From the NCBI RefSeq assembly GCF_004010195.1, contig NC_057720.1, positions 30,041,829-30,105,828 of the forward strand: a DNA stretch of 64,000 nucleotides, written 5' to 3'. The notes under the pieces were generated by a model that was given only the letters and a program-made list of their open reading frames with translations, had not been told where the DNA came from and made no database searches. This document shows positions 26,596-38,122 of this stretch, piece by piece. The stretch's first letter is position 1. Each line of letters opens with the position of its first letter. The position numbers and the translations under genes were made by a program. The stretch comes from Chiloscyllium plagiosum. Its lineage: Eukaryota.

Positions 26596-27157
26596 ACTTT
26601 AAAACTTTTAATTCCTTTATTTTCTAGTTTAAATTAATAAAGACTTGGATGTTAGCCATTACCTCATTTCTTTCTGTAAATGTATTCTATGATGGTTATG
26701 CTTTAACACTCTCTTTACTTTGTACCTTTTCTCATTGGCACCTCTGTAACTGTGGTGGTGGTGTGTGGTGACATTTATACACTTTTCACTGTACTCCCAT
26801 ACTTCTGTACATGTGGAAATCTAATAACTTTACTCTTAGATCTTATGGTGTTATGGTCTGTTCAGAAAGATTCAGAATTGATCTCAAACTGCACTTGGTA
26901 ATACAGTCCCTACAAGGCACACACTTCCTTTGTTTGTGACATTTTGCTTCTTGCAGTTATGTTGCACGGCAGTAATTTTAATCTTTACAATAATTTGCTG
27001 TATTTTCACAGAAGCAGGTGACCATCTTTTCAGCTCCTTTATTCACAATGTATGTGAACTATATTAAAACATGTCATTTATCTTAATGTTTTGAAATTTC
27101 TTTTAGTTGTTAAAAATATCAGCAGCCGCTAACTACAACTCAACAATACATGATTAC

Positions 27158-27291
27158 CTTAGCAGAGACTGAGGGACATTCGTTTTCACAAAAGGAATAG
27201 CCCCTTGTTTCTTCAGCACTTGGACCAAGACACTATCCTTGGTTGCAGGCTGGTGAAAGAATTTCCTCAGTCCACATGTTGAATCATGACC
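27158..27291 (-). CDS. FAAH-like copy B, exon 4
   Basis: acag|GHDSTCGLRKFFHQPATKDSVLVQVLKKQGAIPFVKTNVPQSLL(S)|gtaatc. 134 nt, amidase GA.PFVKTN.P motif. Confidence 0.95.
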
Positions 27292-27496
27292 CTGTGTTTT
27301 TTAAAAAAAAAAGCCTCTTGAGAAACATTTTTTCTTTCCCCATTTCACTCAGGAGAGCAGAAACTAGTAAAAAATCAAAATTGGATATATATCGATTTTT
27401 GCTCCCTTGCTTATGCATTAGGAAAGTTTGCCAAGGAAAATGTGATCTGTCTGGATTTTTAGGAGTTTGGCAATGACTCAATATTCCCAAGAGACA

Positions 27497-27935
27497 AACA
27501 TAGAGAGTCATAGAGATGTACAGCATGGAATCAGACCCTTCGGTCCAAATTATCCAAACTGACCAGATATCCTAACCCAATCTGGTCCCACCTGCAAGCA
27601 ACCGGCCCATGTCCTTCCAAACCCTTCCTATTCATATACCCATCCAGATGTCTTTTAAATGTTAAAATTGTACCAGCCTCCACCACTTCATCTGGCAGCT
27701 CATTCCATACATGTATCACCCTCTGAGTGAAAAAGTTAACCCTTAGGTATCTTTTATATCTTTCCCCTCTCACCCTAAACCTATGCCCTCTCAACTCCCC
27801 CACCCCAGGGAAAAGACTTTGTCTATTTATCCTATCCATGCCCTTCATGATTTTATTAGCCTCTACAAGAACAGCCCTCACATCCTCCAATGCACCAGGG
27901 AAAACAGCCCAAGCCTATTCAGCCTCTCCCTGTAG
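27497..27935 (-). mobile_element. CR1 3' fragment
   Basis: Closely similar to 7013-7450, with the catagagtcatagag tail. Confidence 0.9.
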
Positions 27936-29582
27936 CATGTCCAATTTTAGGGATCCGCATGCACTTGAACCCAGAAAAGGTCCAAATGGGGTCTTTATAC
28001 CTCCCTTCTATAGCTGCTTGAAGTTTGCATGTGGTCTGTGCAAAAACACTGCTCACCCACCATGGAGAATGCGTAGGAAAATCTCCAAGCAATAAAAAGG
28101 TGAAATTATTGTAAACGAATATCTTCTGGGATGCAAATCCCATACAGCAATAGTAGCGCATTTCATTGGAAGGAATAAACATTTGTCTATGATCATGCCT
28201 TCCTACAACATGGCACAAATCAATCAATCAATCAATCATTCAAAAATCAGAAATACTTTCAGAGCAAAAAAAATGTATTCCTCCTGAAAAATAGACATAC
28301 AGGAGGCAACTGCATGCATCCAATGGCTCGGCCTGTTACTCACCTAATGCGCCATACTACCTTTGAGCCACTGAGCTGTGGATACCAAATGGGCATCCTA
28401 GACAGTGTTTTCCCTATTCACTCACGGTACATGGGCGTTGCTGGCTGGCCAGTTAACGCCCTTCCCGAGCTACACTTGAACTGGGTTGATTGCAAAGCTA
28501 TGGCTGTGGAGTTACATGTAGGCCAGATCAGGTAAGGACGCACTGCCAATTAAATTCTGGCAAGATCATCTGAAGACCCTCCAAATTATTACATCTTTAA
28601 ACACATTTCCAGTCTGATTTGATTTTCTATCGTCACATGTACCAAGATACAGTGAAAAGTATTGTTTTGCTTGCTATCCAGGCATATCACACAAATACAT
28701 CAGCGTAATAGAACAGAATGCAGAAGGTAGTGTTACAGCTACAGAGAAAAATGATTCTATTATGAGAAGTCCATTCATAAGTCTTCAGAACAGCTTCTTC
28801 CCTGCTGTGATCAATCTGCTAGTTAACACTTTCTTCTGGCAGATTTCTTTTCATTTCACCATGCACCTTTCGCATTGCTAGACATGTGGTTTTGGAAATT
28901 TGCAGACATCCAATTCAGATGAAAGGCTTTGTCTTTTAGAGACTTTTCAGGCTATATGTTATTTTCTGAGCCAAAGTGTTTGAGAATGGGAGAACCCCAA
29001 ACTGACTCCGATCATTTGGGTCTCTGATCTGGACAAGAACAGTTTAAAACCACCAATCGTGAAATTTATTTGTTTCTGAAATTGGGACTGATAAAAGTAA
29101 TTTAATAGAAGTTGCTATTTCAAGCACTCAAAGTTACATGAACTTTAAGCAGCAGTACAGTGATCAAAGATATGAGGAATCTTCTCATTGTTTCAGGAAC
29201 CTTTGAGAAATGCATAGGGCTTATCTGTATGTCTTTAAGTTCCTGGAAGCAGCTGGATTTAAAGCCGGCCTGAATAAAAAAAAATATAATGGGAACCTCT
29301 CCACAGTCAAAATGATACAACAGACCTGTGGATGTGCAAGACAGGTCACAGGATTGTTTAATTACTGTAGGACTATTTGTTTAGGACATTGCAAGACAAC
29401 TATACCCCAACAAGAACTAATAAAGGGGAGGTCCATGGGTCATATCGGGTTATGGTTCATCAAGTTTTAATGTTGTGTTAAGTGCAAAGATGAATACACG
29501 CAGAAGTAGGTTCCAGAGAAGCAACAAAGTTCAAAAGGAAGGAACAAAGTACTGCTGATTTTGGAATCCGTATTGAAAACAA

Positions 29583-29720
29583 CAAATGTTGGAGATCACA
29601 GAGGGTCAGACAGCTTCTATGGAGAGAGAGAGCAAGCTAACATTTCAAGATTAGACTGGAAACGTTAGCTTGCTATCTCTCCATGGATGCTGTCTGACCC
29701 ACTGTGATCTCCAGCATTTG
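29583..29720. repeat. Long imperfect inverted repeat (about 62-65 bp arms, short loop), Penelope-terminus-like
   Basis: caaatgttggagatcacagagggtcagacagc...gcaagctaacatttc versus gaaacgttagcttgc...gctgtctgacccactgtgatctccagcatttg. Confidence 0.85.
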
Positions 29721-30684
29721 GTATTTTAAGGTCAAAAGGAAACCTGTTAGAATCTGGAATATTTTGAGAAGTGAAATGTCTAATGAAATTTAACAAGTTT
29801 TTTTGGAAGCCCGAGATATCCAATTGTAAACTGGGTACAGACTGTTAACGTCTGGAATGTTTGATTTCTATTTTAAGAATATTGTGAAAAGATTTTAATT
29901 GGATTGTAACAGGAAAATGACATTAACTACACAAGGTGAGTTGTTCAAAGGGACACAGCAAAAGGAAGTGTAGAAGAAACTAATTAATTGACAACTTTCT
30001 CGTAGAGATGTGCCCTCAACTAAGCAGTTTTTAAAAGAACAGGACTGGATGATTTGGTCACTGCCTGAAACATCGAGAGCGAGTGAAGAGGATACACAAG
30101 CACACGTGTTGTTTTAAAAGCCAGTAATAAGGGAGCTTTGAAACAAATTGATAAGTTGGGTATACATTAACAGACACACACAATATGTTACTACACTCAA
30201 GTATTCAAGAGGGTATTCAATGACTATCTGAATAAAAATAATGTGCAACGTATGAAATAATGACAGGAAATCGGCAATAGGTCATATTGTTCATTCGAAG
30301 AGCCAGAATAGGCACAATGGACCGACAACCTCCTTCTGAGCCGTAAGACTTTTGTCATTCAGTGGGTGCTAGGTCAACAATCTTGATTGAAGGACTAAAT
30401 GATACAGATGGTTTAATCCATTGCCTTTACACTGCTAAGCTACATTACTGGCCAGTACTTAATGGATTGTTGAGCATAAAGGACAAGGATGTAACCACTA
30501 TTGGCTACCTCAGGCTTAGGTCAAGGGACCAAGAAGGGGAGCTGTTAGGGGAAGTTTTACACTCCAAGGGTAAAATTATTATTGCCTCTGAGTGAGAAGG
30601 GAGCAAAACTAAATTATCATTGCATCACCACCGACACATTTTCACATCGAATCATCTTTTTTTTAAAATCAGCTGAACCTCTAC

Positions 30685-30825
30685 CTTGTAGTTTATGTTG
30701 TCCTTAATGCTGACAGGGATCCCATATAGAAGTCCTTTCTTCTTCCCACTGAGATTCTTAAGCTGTGTTTGACATTCTGGAAGAAATTCTGTGACGCAGT
30801 TCAGCAGTTTAGTGACTTCCAAAGC
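30685..30825 (-). CDS. FAAH-like copy B, exon 3 (catalytic Lys)
   Basis: ttttaaag|ALEVTKLLNCVTEFLPECQTQLKNLSGKKKGLLYGIPVSIKDNINYK|gtag. GLLYGIPVSIKD contains the Lys142 equivalent. 141 nt. Confidence 0.95.
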
Positions 30826-31445
30826 CTTTAAAAAAGAAGAAATGGTCAAACCAAGCATGACCCTGCAACTGTGCAAATATTTTTTACCTCTTCAGCAAAT
30901 CAGAGGATCTAAGTATCATTGGCAAGACTTGCGTTTATTAGGCATCCCAATTACCCTTGCAAAAGTAGAGGCAAGTCACCTTCATGAACTGTTGCAGTGC
31001 ACACAGTGCTGTTAGAAAAGGGAGTTCAAGAATTTTGACCCAGTGACAGCACTATGATATAGTTTTAATCAGAATGGTATGCGACTTGAAGGTGAACTTG
31101 CTGGTAATGGTGCTCCTATGCGTCTGATTCCCTACAAATGAGGGACATTGCAACAGCTCCTTACAAATTTGCAGGAGGGACTAATATACTAGCAGGGAGA
31201 TTTGCTGGAGCTGCTCAGGAGGATTTATACTAATAAGGTGGGGTGCGGGTGGGGGGTTGGTGCGGGACCCAGGGAGATACTGAGGAAAGATCAATCTGAG
31301 ACTAGTACATTTGGGAAAAGGAGTGTGAGTCAAACAGTCAGGGACAAAGCAGAGAACAAGGTAGGACTGGTAAATTAAACTGCATTTATTTCAATGTAAG
31401 AGGCCTAACAGGGAAGGCAGATGAACTCAGGGCATAGTTCGGAAC

Positions 31446-31748
31446 ATGGGAGTGGGATATCATAGCAATTACAGAAACATGGCTCAGGGATGGACAGGAC
31501 TGACAGCTTAATGTTCCAGGATATAAATGCTATAGGAAAGATAGAAAGGTGGGGGGGGTTTGTGAGAAGATTTGTAGCTCACGTGCTCGTTGTTGTGATG
31601 GGAGTGGGATATCATAGCAATTACAGAAACATGGCTCAGGGATGGACAGGACTGACAGCTTAATGTTCCAGGATATAAATGCTATAGGAAAGATAGAAAG
31701 GTGGGGGGGTTTGTGAGAAGATTTGTAGCTCACGTGCTCGTTGTTGTG
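31446..31748 (+). repeat. Tandem duplication, 152 + 151 bp
   Basis: 31446-31597 and 31598-31748 are identical except for one G in a G-run. Confidence 0.95.
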
Positions 31749-32655
31749 GTACTGTTCACCACTAGAGAGGAAGAAAAGGACAACCAACTCCCATTCCTAG
31801 ATGGGATGGTACAGAGAACACCGAACGGAGAATTCACCACAAAAGGTATACAGGAAAGCCACATACACAGACCAAGTTCTGAACTACGAAAGCCACCACC
31901 CCAACACACACAAAAGAAGTTGCATCAAGACACTGTTCAAAAGGGCCACAACACACTGCAGTACTCCAGAACTGCAAAAAGAGGAAGAACACCTCTCCAA
32001 TATATTCGCCAAAAACGGATACCCCCACAATTTCATCAACAGGACACGACACAACCCAAAGGACTAGCCACATTAGCGAACTGACAGCCAGACTACTACG
32101 ACTACTAGGACTCATAACAGCACACAAACCAACAGCCACTCTCAGACAACAACTCACCAGGACAGAGGACCCAATTCCCAGCATGAGCAAAACCAATGTA
32201 GTGTACAAAATCCCATGCAAGGACTGCACAAAACACTACATAGGACAAACAGGAAGACAGCTAACGATCCGTATCCATGAACGCCAACTAGCCACGAAAC
32301 GACACGACCAGCTATCCTTAGTAGCCACACACGCAGATGACGAGCAACATGAGTTCGACTGGGACAACACTACTTTATAGGACAAGCCAAACAGAGAACA
32401 GCCAGGGAATTCCTAGAGGCATGGCACTCATCCACAGATTTTATCAACAAACACATCGACCTGGACCCAATATACCGGCCACTGCAGCAGACAACCGGAA
32501 CTGACAACCAGAAGTGGCAGAGACAAACCACTATAAATGCCGGAGAAAACAACACAGAAGAACTTCACAGGAGGCTCCAAAGCACTGAAGATGTCACCTA
32601 GACAGGGGACAAAATGTCTTCAACACAAATTTCCAGATGGGCGAACATTAACACA
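31710..32655 (+). mobile_element. Penelope-like retroelement, 3' part (RT C-terminus plus GIY-YIG endonuclease)
   Basis: LPFLD, YRKATYTDQVLNYESHHP and NVVYKIPCKDCTKHYIGQTGRQL.IRIHE (GIY-YIG). The 5' junction (31710-31750) appears to be an inverted copy of the element terminus. Confidence 0.92.
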
Positions 32656-32832
32656 ACAGATGGGGTTGGGGGTGGGGGGCAAGAGAGGAGGGGGAATGGC
32701 AGTTTTGATATGGGATAGCATTACTGCCATATTTAGGGAGGATATTCCTGGGATTACATCAAGGGAACTTATTTGGGTAGAACTGAGAAATAAGAAAGGG
32801 ATGATCACCTTACTGGGATTGAATTATAGACC

Positions 32833-32925
32833 GGGCTGAAAAATGTGTTGCTGGTAAAGCACAGCAGGTCAGGCAGCATCCAAGGAACAGGAGAATCGAC
32901 GTTTCGGGCATAAGCCCTTCATCAG
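32833..32925 (-). mobile_element. Short hammerhead-core insertion with a 12-bp TSD
   Basis: Minus strand reads CTGATGA-A-GGGC-TTAT-GCCC-GAAAC-GTC (32925-32898). Flanked by GAATTATAGACC at 32821-32832 and 32926-32937. Confidence 0.85.
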
Positions 32926-33627
32926 GAATTATAGACCCCCTAACAGTCAATGGAAAATCGACTAAGGAGATTTCAGTTATCTAGAAGGGTGGTTATGGTA
33001 GGGGACTTTAAATTTTCAAACGTAGTCTGGAACTGCCAATGTTAAGGGTTTAGATAGAGAGGAATTTGTTAAGTATGTGCAAGAAAACTTTCTGATTCAG
33101 TATGTAAACTTAGAAATTCTTGGACCATTCATGGGTTGCAAAATAACACTTTTATTATTATCAATCCGGCTGAGAGGTCAAGAGAAAAAAAAGACTAGGT
33201 TATGAATCAGATATGTCCTAGAATATGCTAATAAATGATAATTAATTCATAGTAGAGGCAGCATAATTTATACCTTTAGCGTGTATAATCATATTGTTTT
33301 TCTCCAATTCCCACCATATAATGTTTCTAGTCTTAATTAGGTTCTCATGAGGTAATTAATACATTAGTGTCGTTTAACAGAGAAAATAAACAATACTGTT
33401 AGTGTGATGTTATTTGCGTCACTGACATTCATCAATAAAATTCGATGCTAAAATAAGAAACTTCAATAATTAACTGACTGCCAGACGGAACAAGTAGTTT
33501 TTGTGTTTACAAATCACCTGTTCAACAATGACTGCTAAGGCAAGTGATCCAAAAAGTCAGGTTTATTAAGTGCTGAATACCAAATAGGATTTCAAACTAT
33601 TGCAAGCCAAGCCATGCAATTCTATAC

Positions 33628-33741
33628 CTTTTCCATGTAAGCAAACAACACACTATCGGGAGAAAGGGAGCCATCCTGCAATTGTTCGTGGAGCTCCAGA
33701 AGTGATAGAGACAGAACAGATTCAGTGTCTCTAGATCTGCC
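33628..33741 (-). CDS. FAAH-like copy B, exon 2
   Basis: ttttag|GRSRDTESVLSLSLLELHEQLQDGSLSPDSVLFAYMEK|gtatag. 114 nt, same length as recalled for human FAAH exon 2. Confidence 0.92.
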
Positions 33742-34039
33742 CTAAAACAAAACATATTTTGGTTACATATGGAATGAAATGCAACAAATTGCAACATGAA
33801 GTAGCTCACTGTTTATATAATGCAAGTTAATATTAATTTGCTTGAAAAGTGTAAATATATGTTCCAGGGTTAATATTTGGTCTTCCAGAATTCTCTTATT
33901 CGTATTTAGGATATTATTGCCAAGTATATAGAGGAAAATACACATACACAGCCTCTGAGCTGTGAAGTGGAAAACAAAATACTGTTCTCCAGCTTGAAAC
34001 TACATGCAAAAATATGCTGGCGACGCCCAGCTTGAAACA

Positions 34040-34350
34040 AGATTCCCTACACAGTGTGGAAACAGGCCCTTCGGCCCAACAAGTCCACACTGACCCTCTG
34101 AAGAGTAACCCACCCAGACCCATTTCCCTCTGACGGATGAACCTAACACTATGGGCACTTTAGCATGGCCAATTCACCTGACCGGCACATCTTTGGATTG
34201 TGGGAGGAAACCAGAGCACCCAGAGGAAATCCATTCAGACATGGGGAGAATGTGTAAACTCCACACAGGCAGTCACCCAAGGCTAGAATTGAACCTGAGA
34301 CCTGGGTGCTGTGAGGCAGCAGTGCTAACCATTGAGCCACCATACCACCC
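34040..34350 (-). mobile_element. V-SINE (HE1-type)
   Basis: Reverse complement of the family sequence. Confidence 0.88.
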
Positions 34351-34359
34351 TAGTGAACC

Positions 34360-35500
34360 TCCTCTGCAGCTCCCTCTAGTGCCAGTACATCCTTTCTCAA
34401 GTAAGGAAAGCAAATCTGCACACAGTACTTTAAGTGTTGCCTCACCAGCACTCTACACAGCTGCAACATGACCCCCTGCTTTTAAACACAATCCCTTTAG
34501 CAATGAAGGACTAAATTCCATTTGCCTTCCTAATTACCAGTTGTACCTGCAGACCAACCTTCTGTGATTTGTGCACAAGGACACCCAGGTCCTTCTGCAT
34601 AGCAGCATGCTGCAACTTTTTACCATTCAATTTCCTCTACCCTTTTCTGAATAGCTACTATGTTTAAGTAAGTTAAGTGGGCGGCACAGTGGTTAGCACT
34701 GCTGCCTCACAGCGCCAGAGACCCGGGTTCAATTCCCGACTCAGGCGACTGACTGTGTGGAGTTTGCACATTCTCCCAGTGTCTGCGTGGGTTTCCTCCG
34801 GGTGCTCCGGTTTCTTCCCACAGTCCAAAGATGTGCGGGTCAGGTGAATTGGCCATGCTAAATTGCCCGTAGTGTTAGGTTAAAGGGGTAAATGTAGGGG
34901 TATGGGTGGGTTGCGCTTCGGCGGGTCGGTGTGGACTTGTTGGGCCGAAGGGCCTGTTTCCACACTGTAAGTAATCTAATCTAATCTATAGTCCTTTATA
35001 CTGTTACTCCTACCAAAATGGATGACTTCACATTTGTTAACATTGTATTCATCTGCAAAACCTTTACTCACCCATTAAAAGCATCAATGTTCCTCGCAAA
35101 GTTTCACAGTCCTCTGCACACTTTGCTCTGCCACTCATCTTAGTGTCATTTGCAAACTTTGACAAGCTACGTGGTCTCCAACTCCAAGTCATCTATACAA
35201 AATTGTGAAAATTGCAGCCCTAACATTGATCCCTGAGGACACCACTAGTTACTGATTGCCAACCAAAATAGTACTCATTTATCCGCACTCTTTGCTGCCT
35301 GTTAGTCAACCAATCCTCTACCATGCTAATACTTTACCATAACGCCATTTATCTTTAACTTATACAGCAGTCTCTTGTACAGCACCTTGAAGGCCTTTTG
35401 GAAATCTAGGTACACCACATCTACTGGGTCCCTGTGGTCCACCATGCTCATAACATCTTCATAAAATTCCAAAAGATTAATTAAGCATAACCTGCTGCAT
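34360..35500 (-). mobile_element. CR1 RT fragment interrupted by a V-SINE
   Basis: CLINLLEFYEDV...VDVVYLDFQKAF (35326-35508). Confidence 0.85.
34679..34988 (+). mobile_element. tRNA-derived V-SINE (HE1-type), well conserved copy
   Basis: tRNA-like head with B-box GGTTCAATTCC, V-domain core (gtgtggagtttgcacattctcc...gggtttcctccgggtgctccggtttc), CR1-like tail and (AATCT)n end. Confidence 0.9.
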
Positions 35501-36335
35501 CTGCCCAATGGGAGATGCCTGAATGGGTGGGGTCAAGCTCCCACAGAACCAGTATTTTTAGTTTTAGTTTTTCAATAAGTGTTATTGCTGGGGTCTTAAA
35601 ACTGGGTTTGGAAAATACAGTGCATCTCTCCCTACAACTGTTTTCTCTTGATATTTTTCCTTCTGGACTGGAGAATTGCTTGTGAGACAATCTATTTTAA
35701 TACATTTGCCTTTACCAAGGGTGTGTCAGTGGGATGTTACTATATTGGAACAGGTACTGTTCAGTAATTAAATAATCTATTATTCTGTTAAGTTTTCCAA
35801 GAGTAAAGTTATTCCATTCCCTTCTTTCTGTTATTGTATTTTAACCATAGTGTATGAATTAAGTGTGTTTTGCCTCAAGACTGGTAGCTTGACCAATCAA
35901 ATTGCAGTCGCAATGCAACATCTGGCATTTACATTTAAAATAAGAAAAAAAAGTGAGGGTATATGTTATCTTCTCAACATATTTTGAGGAGTTTGGACTG
36001 CTCCATAACAATACCCATCAGTTAGTAAAAGCTAAAAAAAAAACTGCGAATGCTGTAAAGCTGTTCAGAGGAAGGGTCACTCGCACCAAAACATTAATTT
36101 CTCTCCACAGATGCTGTCAGACCTATCAAGGCTTCCCAACAGCTTCTGCTCTGGTTTCCACTCAATTGGCAATCGCGGGACGTGAATACATCAATAGAAT
36201 CCAGCCCAATAGAAACATTTTTCTGTTGTTCTGAATTCAATTCAATTCAATTCAACCTTGAAGTCTCAGTAACCCAGAAACAAGCGTTATCTCGCTTGTG
36301 ACAGCTCTTGTTAACAGAAGCCAATCTTTGCTTAC

Positions 36336-36542
36336 CGGTACTTTGAACTCTAGCACAGCTCTTTCCACACCGCACAATGCTTTCTTCCTGTCTGTACGCG
36401 CTTTCTCTATCGCCGCTAAATAGCTCCTTCTTTCCATCCATCTCAGCAATTTATACATTACGACAGTGCAGCAGATTAAACCAGGGATTGCTTGATACAT
36501 TTGCGGCGTTAGAGCAAATGTATCCGCCATCCACGAAGACAT
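36336..36542 (-). CDS. FAAH-like amidase, downstream copy (B), exon 1 (N-terminal membrane anchor)
   Basis: ATG at 36542 (alternative in-frame ATG at 36530). Translates MSSWMADTFALTPQMYQAIPGLICCTVVMYKLLRW...VERAVLEFKVP, a hydrophobic segment followed by a basic helix as in FAAH. Donor CCG|gtaag, phase 0, 207 nt. Confidence 0.85.
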
Positions 36543-36599
36543 ATTTCTCAGCACAACCATCCCCACTCTGCAGCTTCTCAGGGAGAGACACAAGTTAAA

Positions 36600-37281
36600 C
36601 CCGCCCACCAGAACTAGGCAGGACTGCCCTGAAATCCAGACATGGATTCATACAGCAGCTGGATTGTTGAAACTTGTTCCAAAGCAAAACTATAAAATCA
36701 AAGAACTGTGGATGGTGGGTGTGAGAAACAAAGCTCACTCACTTCAATAATTTTAGTCCGAGACAAAAATCTGAAACAGTAGTATCATTTATTTGTACAC
36801 TTGCAAGTGGGTGCAATGTCTAATGCCAGGAGACGTAGTTTGTGACATGGGTCGTGCTTGTTGCTCCTGGTACCACTATCCCTTATTTGGTATTTATTTG
36901 AGGAACCATGCAAAACATGTTGCCATCTCTTTCCATGAAGGATGTTTGCATCCCTTCCACTCTGAATTAGTGTTCTATGCAAACATTTGAGGCAAAAAAC
37001 TCATCGAAATTTTATAGTGCCAAGTTCTGCCCATCTGGAGCTGTCATCTTATAATATTTTGCCACTGATTTGATTTCAGGCCTCAGGCCTGTGCACATCA
37101 AATCCAACAAACTCTCGAAATTTATACAATTTGAATCCCCATATTTTTTCTTATTTCATTGTTTGCCCCCTCCTCCGCTTACGTCACTCATTTCCTTAAG
37201 ACTGATCCCACAACTTCTGTTTATCCGGCCTTGTCCATGACAAATGCCTATCTCTGGCTCCCATAAGGTTGTTTGACGTCA
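36600..37281 (-). promoter_or_regulatory. Candidate proximal promoter motifs of copy B
   Basis: GC box CCCGCCC at 36600-36606, about 60 bp upstream of the ATG. CRE-like TTACGTCA at 37179-37186 and perfect CRE palindrome TGACGTCA at 37274-37281. Motif matches only. Confidence 0.4.
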
Positions 37282-38122
37282 TCCTACTGCAGGTCACCGC
37301 TAGGCATATCCTTTCTTTATCAGCATTTATTCCTCCCCGAGGCCACTCTGACCTTTATGACCTCTTTAATTAGGGTTTGTTCCTGTGTCCCCATATAAGT
37401 CGGAAAACAGATGTTTTTCTTACTGTCTTATCTGTTGCCCATACATCTACCATTGTTCTGTAATCACGTCTCATGCTAACATACCATTTTCTTTAACGGA
37501 TTATATACTTCCTCTATGTAGTTCTCATTCTTGTTAACTCAGCATTTAGCTGAGAAACAATCACAAACTAATGTGAATTCATTTACTCTGTATCAGAACT
37601 TATAATTGCAGAAATAATATTAATTCACCTATATCCCACAGTGGGGTTGAAGAAAGACTACTAGGTTCCAAACGTTAACTCTGTTTTTTTCTCTCTCCAC
37701 AGATGCTGCCAGACCTGCTGAGTTTCGCCAGCAATTTAATTTTGTTTGTTTGTTCCATTGCAATGCAATTATCTTAAGGTCATGTTTTCTGATACCAGTG
37801 CATGCTAACTCTGCGTCTCTATAAATCAGTGTGCACACACAAACAGTTTTAGGAGACGTAGTTTGTGGCATGGGTCGTGCTTGTTGCTCCTGGTACCACT
37901 ATCCCTTATTTGGTATTTATTTGAGGAACCATGCAAAACATGTTGCCATCTCTTTCCATGAAGGATGTTTGCATCCCTTCCACTCTGAATTAGTGTTCTA
38001 TGCAAACATTTGAGGCAAAAAACTCATCGAAATTTTATAGTGCCAAGTTCTGCCCATCTGGAGCTGTCATCTTATAATATTTTGCCACTGATTTGATTTC
38101 AGGCCACAGGCCTGTGCTCATC
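36828..38122 (+). repeat. Near-identical ~270 bp direct repeat (36828-37099 and 37851-38122)
   Basis: Only about 3 differences by eye. Offset 1023 bp. Confidence 0.95.

Larger units (their letters stand above)
31130..33110 (+). mobile_element. CR1 ORF1/ORF2-junction fragment interrupted by a Penelope element and a short hammerhead element
   Basis: Matches the reverse complement of ~9380-10100 (KLNCIYFNVRGLTGKADELR, WVELRNKKGMITL). Confidence 0.85.

Noticed and set aside
28217..28237. (AATC)n and the similar (AATTC)n run at 36234-36254
   Set aside because: Ordinary short microsatellites.
34679..34745. SINE heads as functional tRNA genes
   Set aside because: A/B-box-like heads run directly into the V-SINE core and LINE-like tail in all copies.
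35520..36010. LTR-like fragment, with similar stretches near 29000-29470 and 55250-55950
   Set aside because: I could not define both termini or a TSD, so I did not call them.
36252..36608. 118-aa ORF as a stand-alone gene
   Set aside because: It is exon 1 plus upstream and intron read-through. The listed start is a non-ATG codon.
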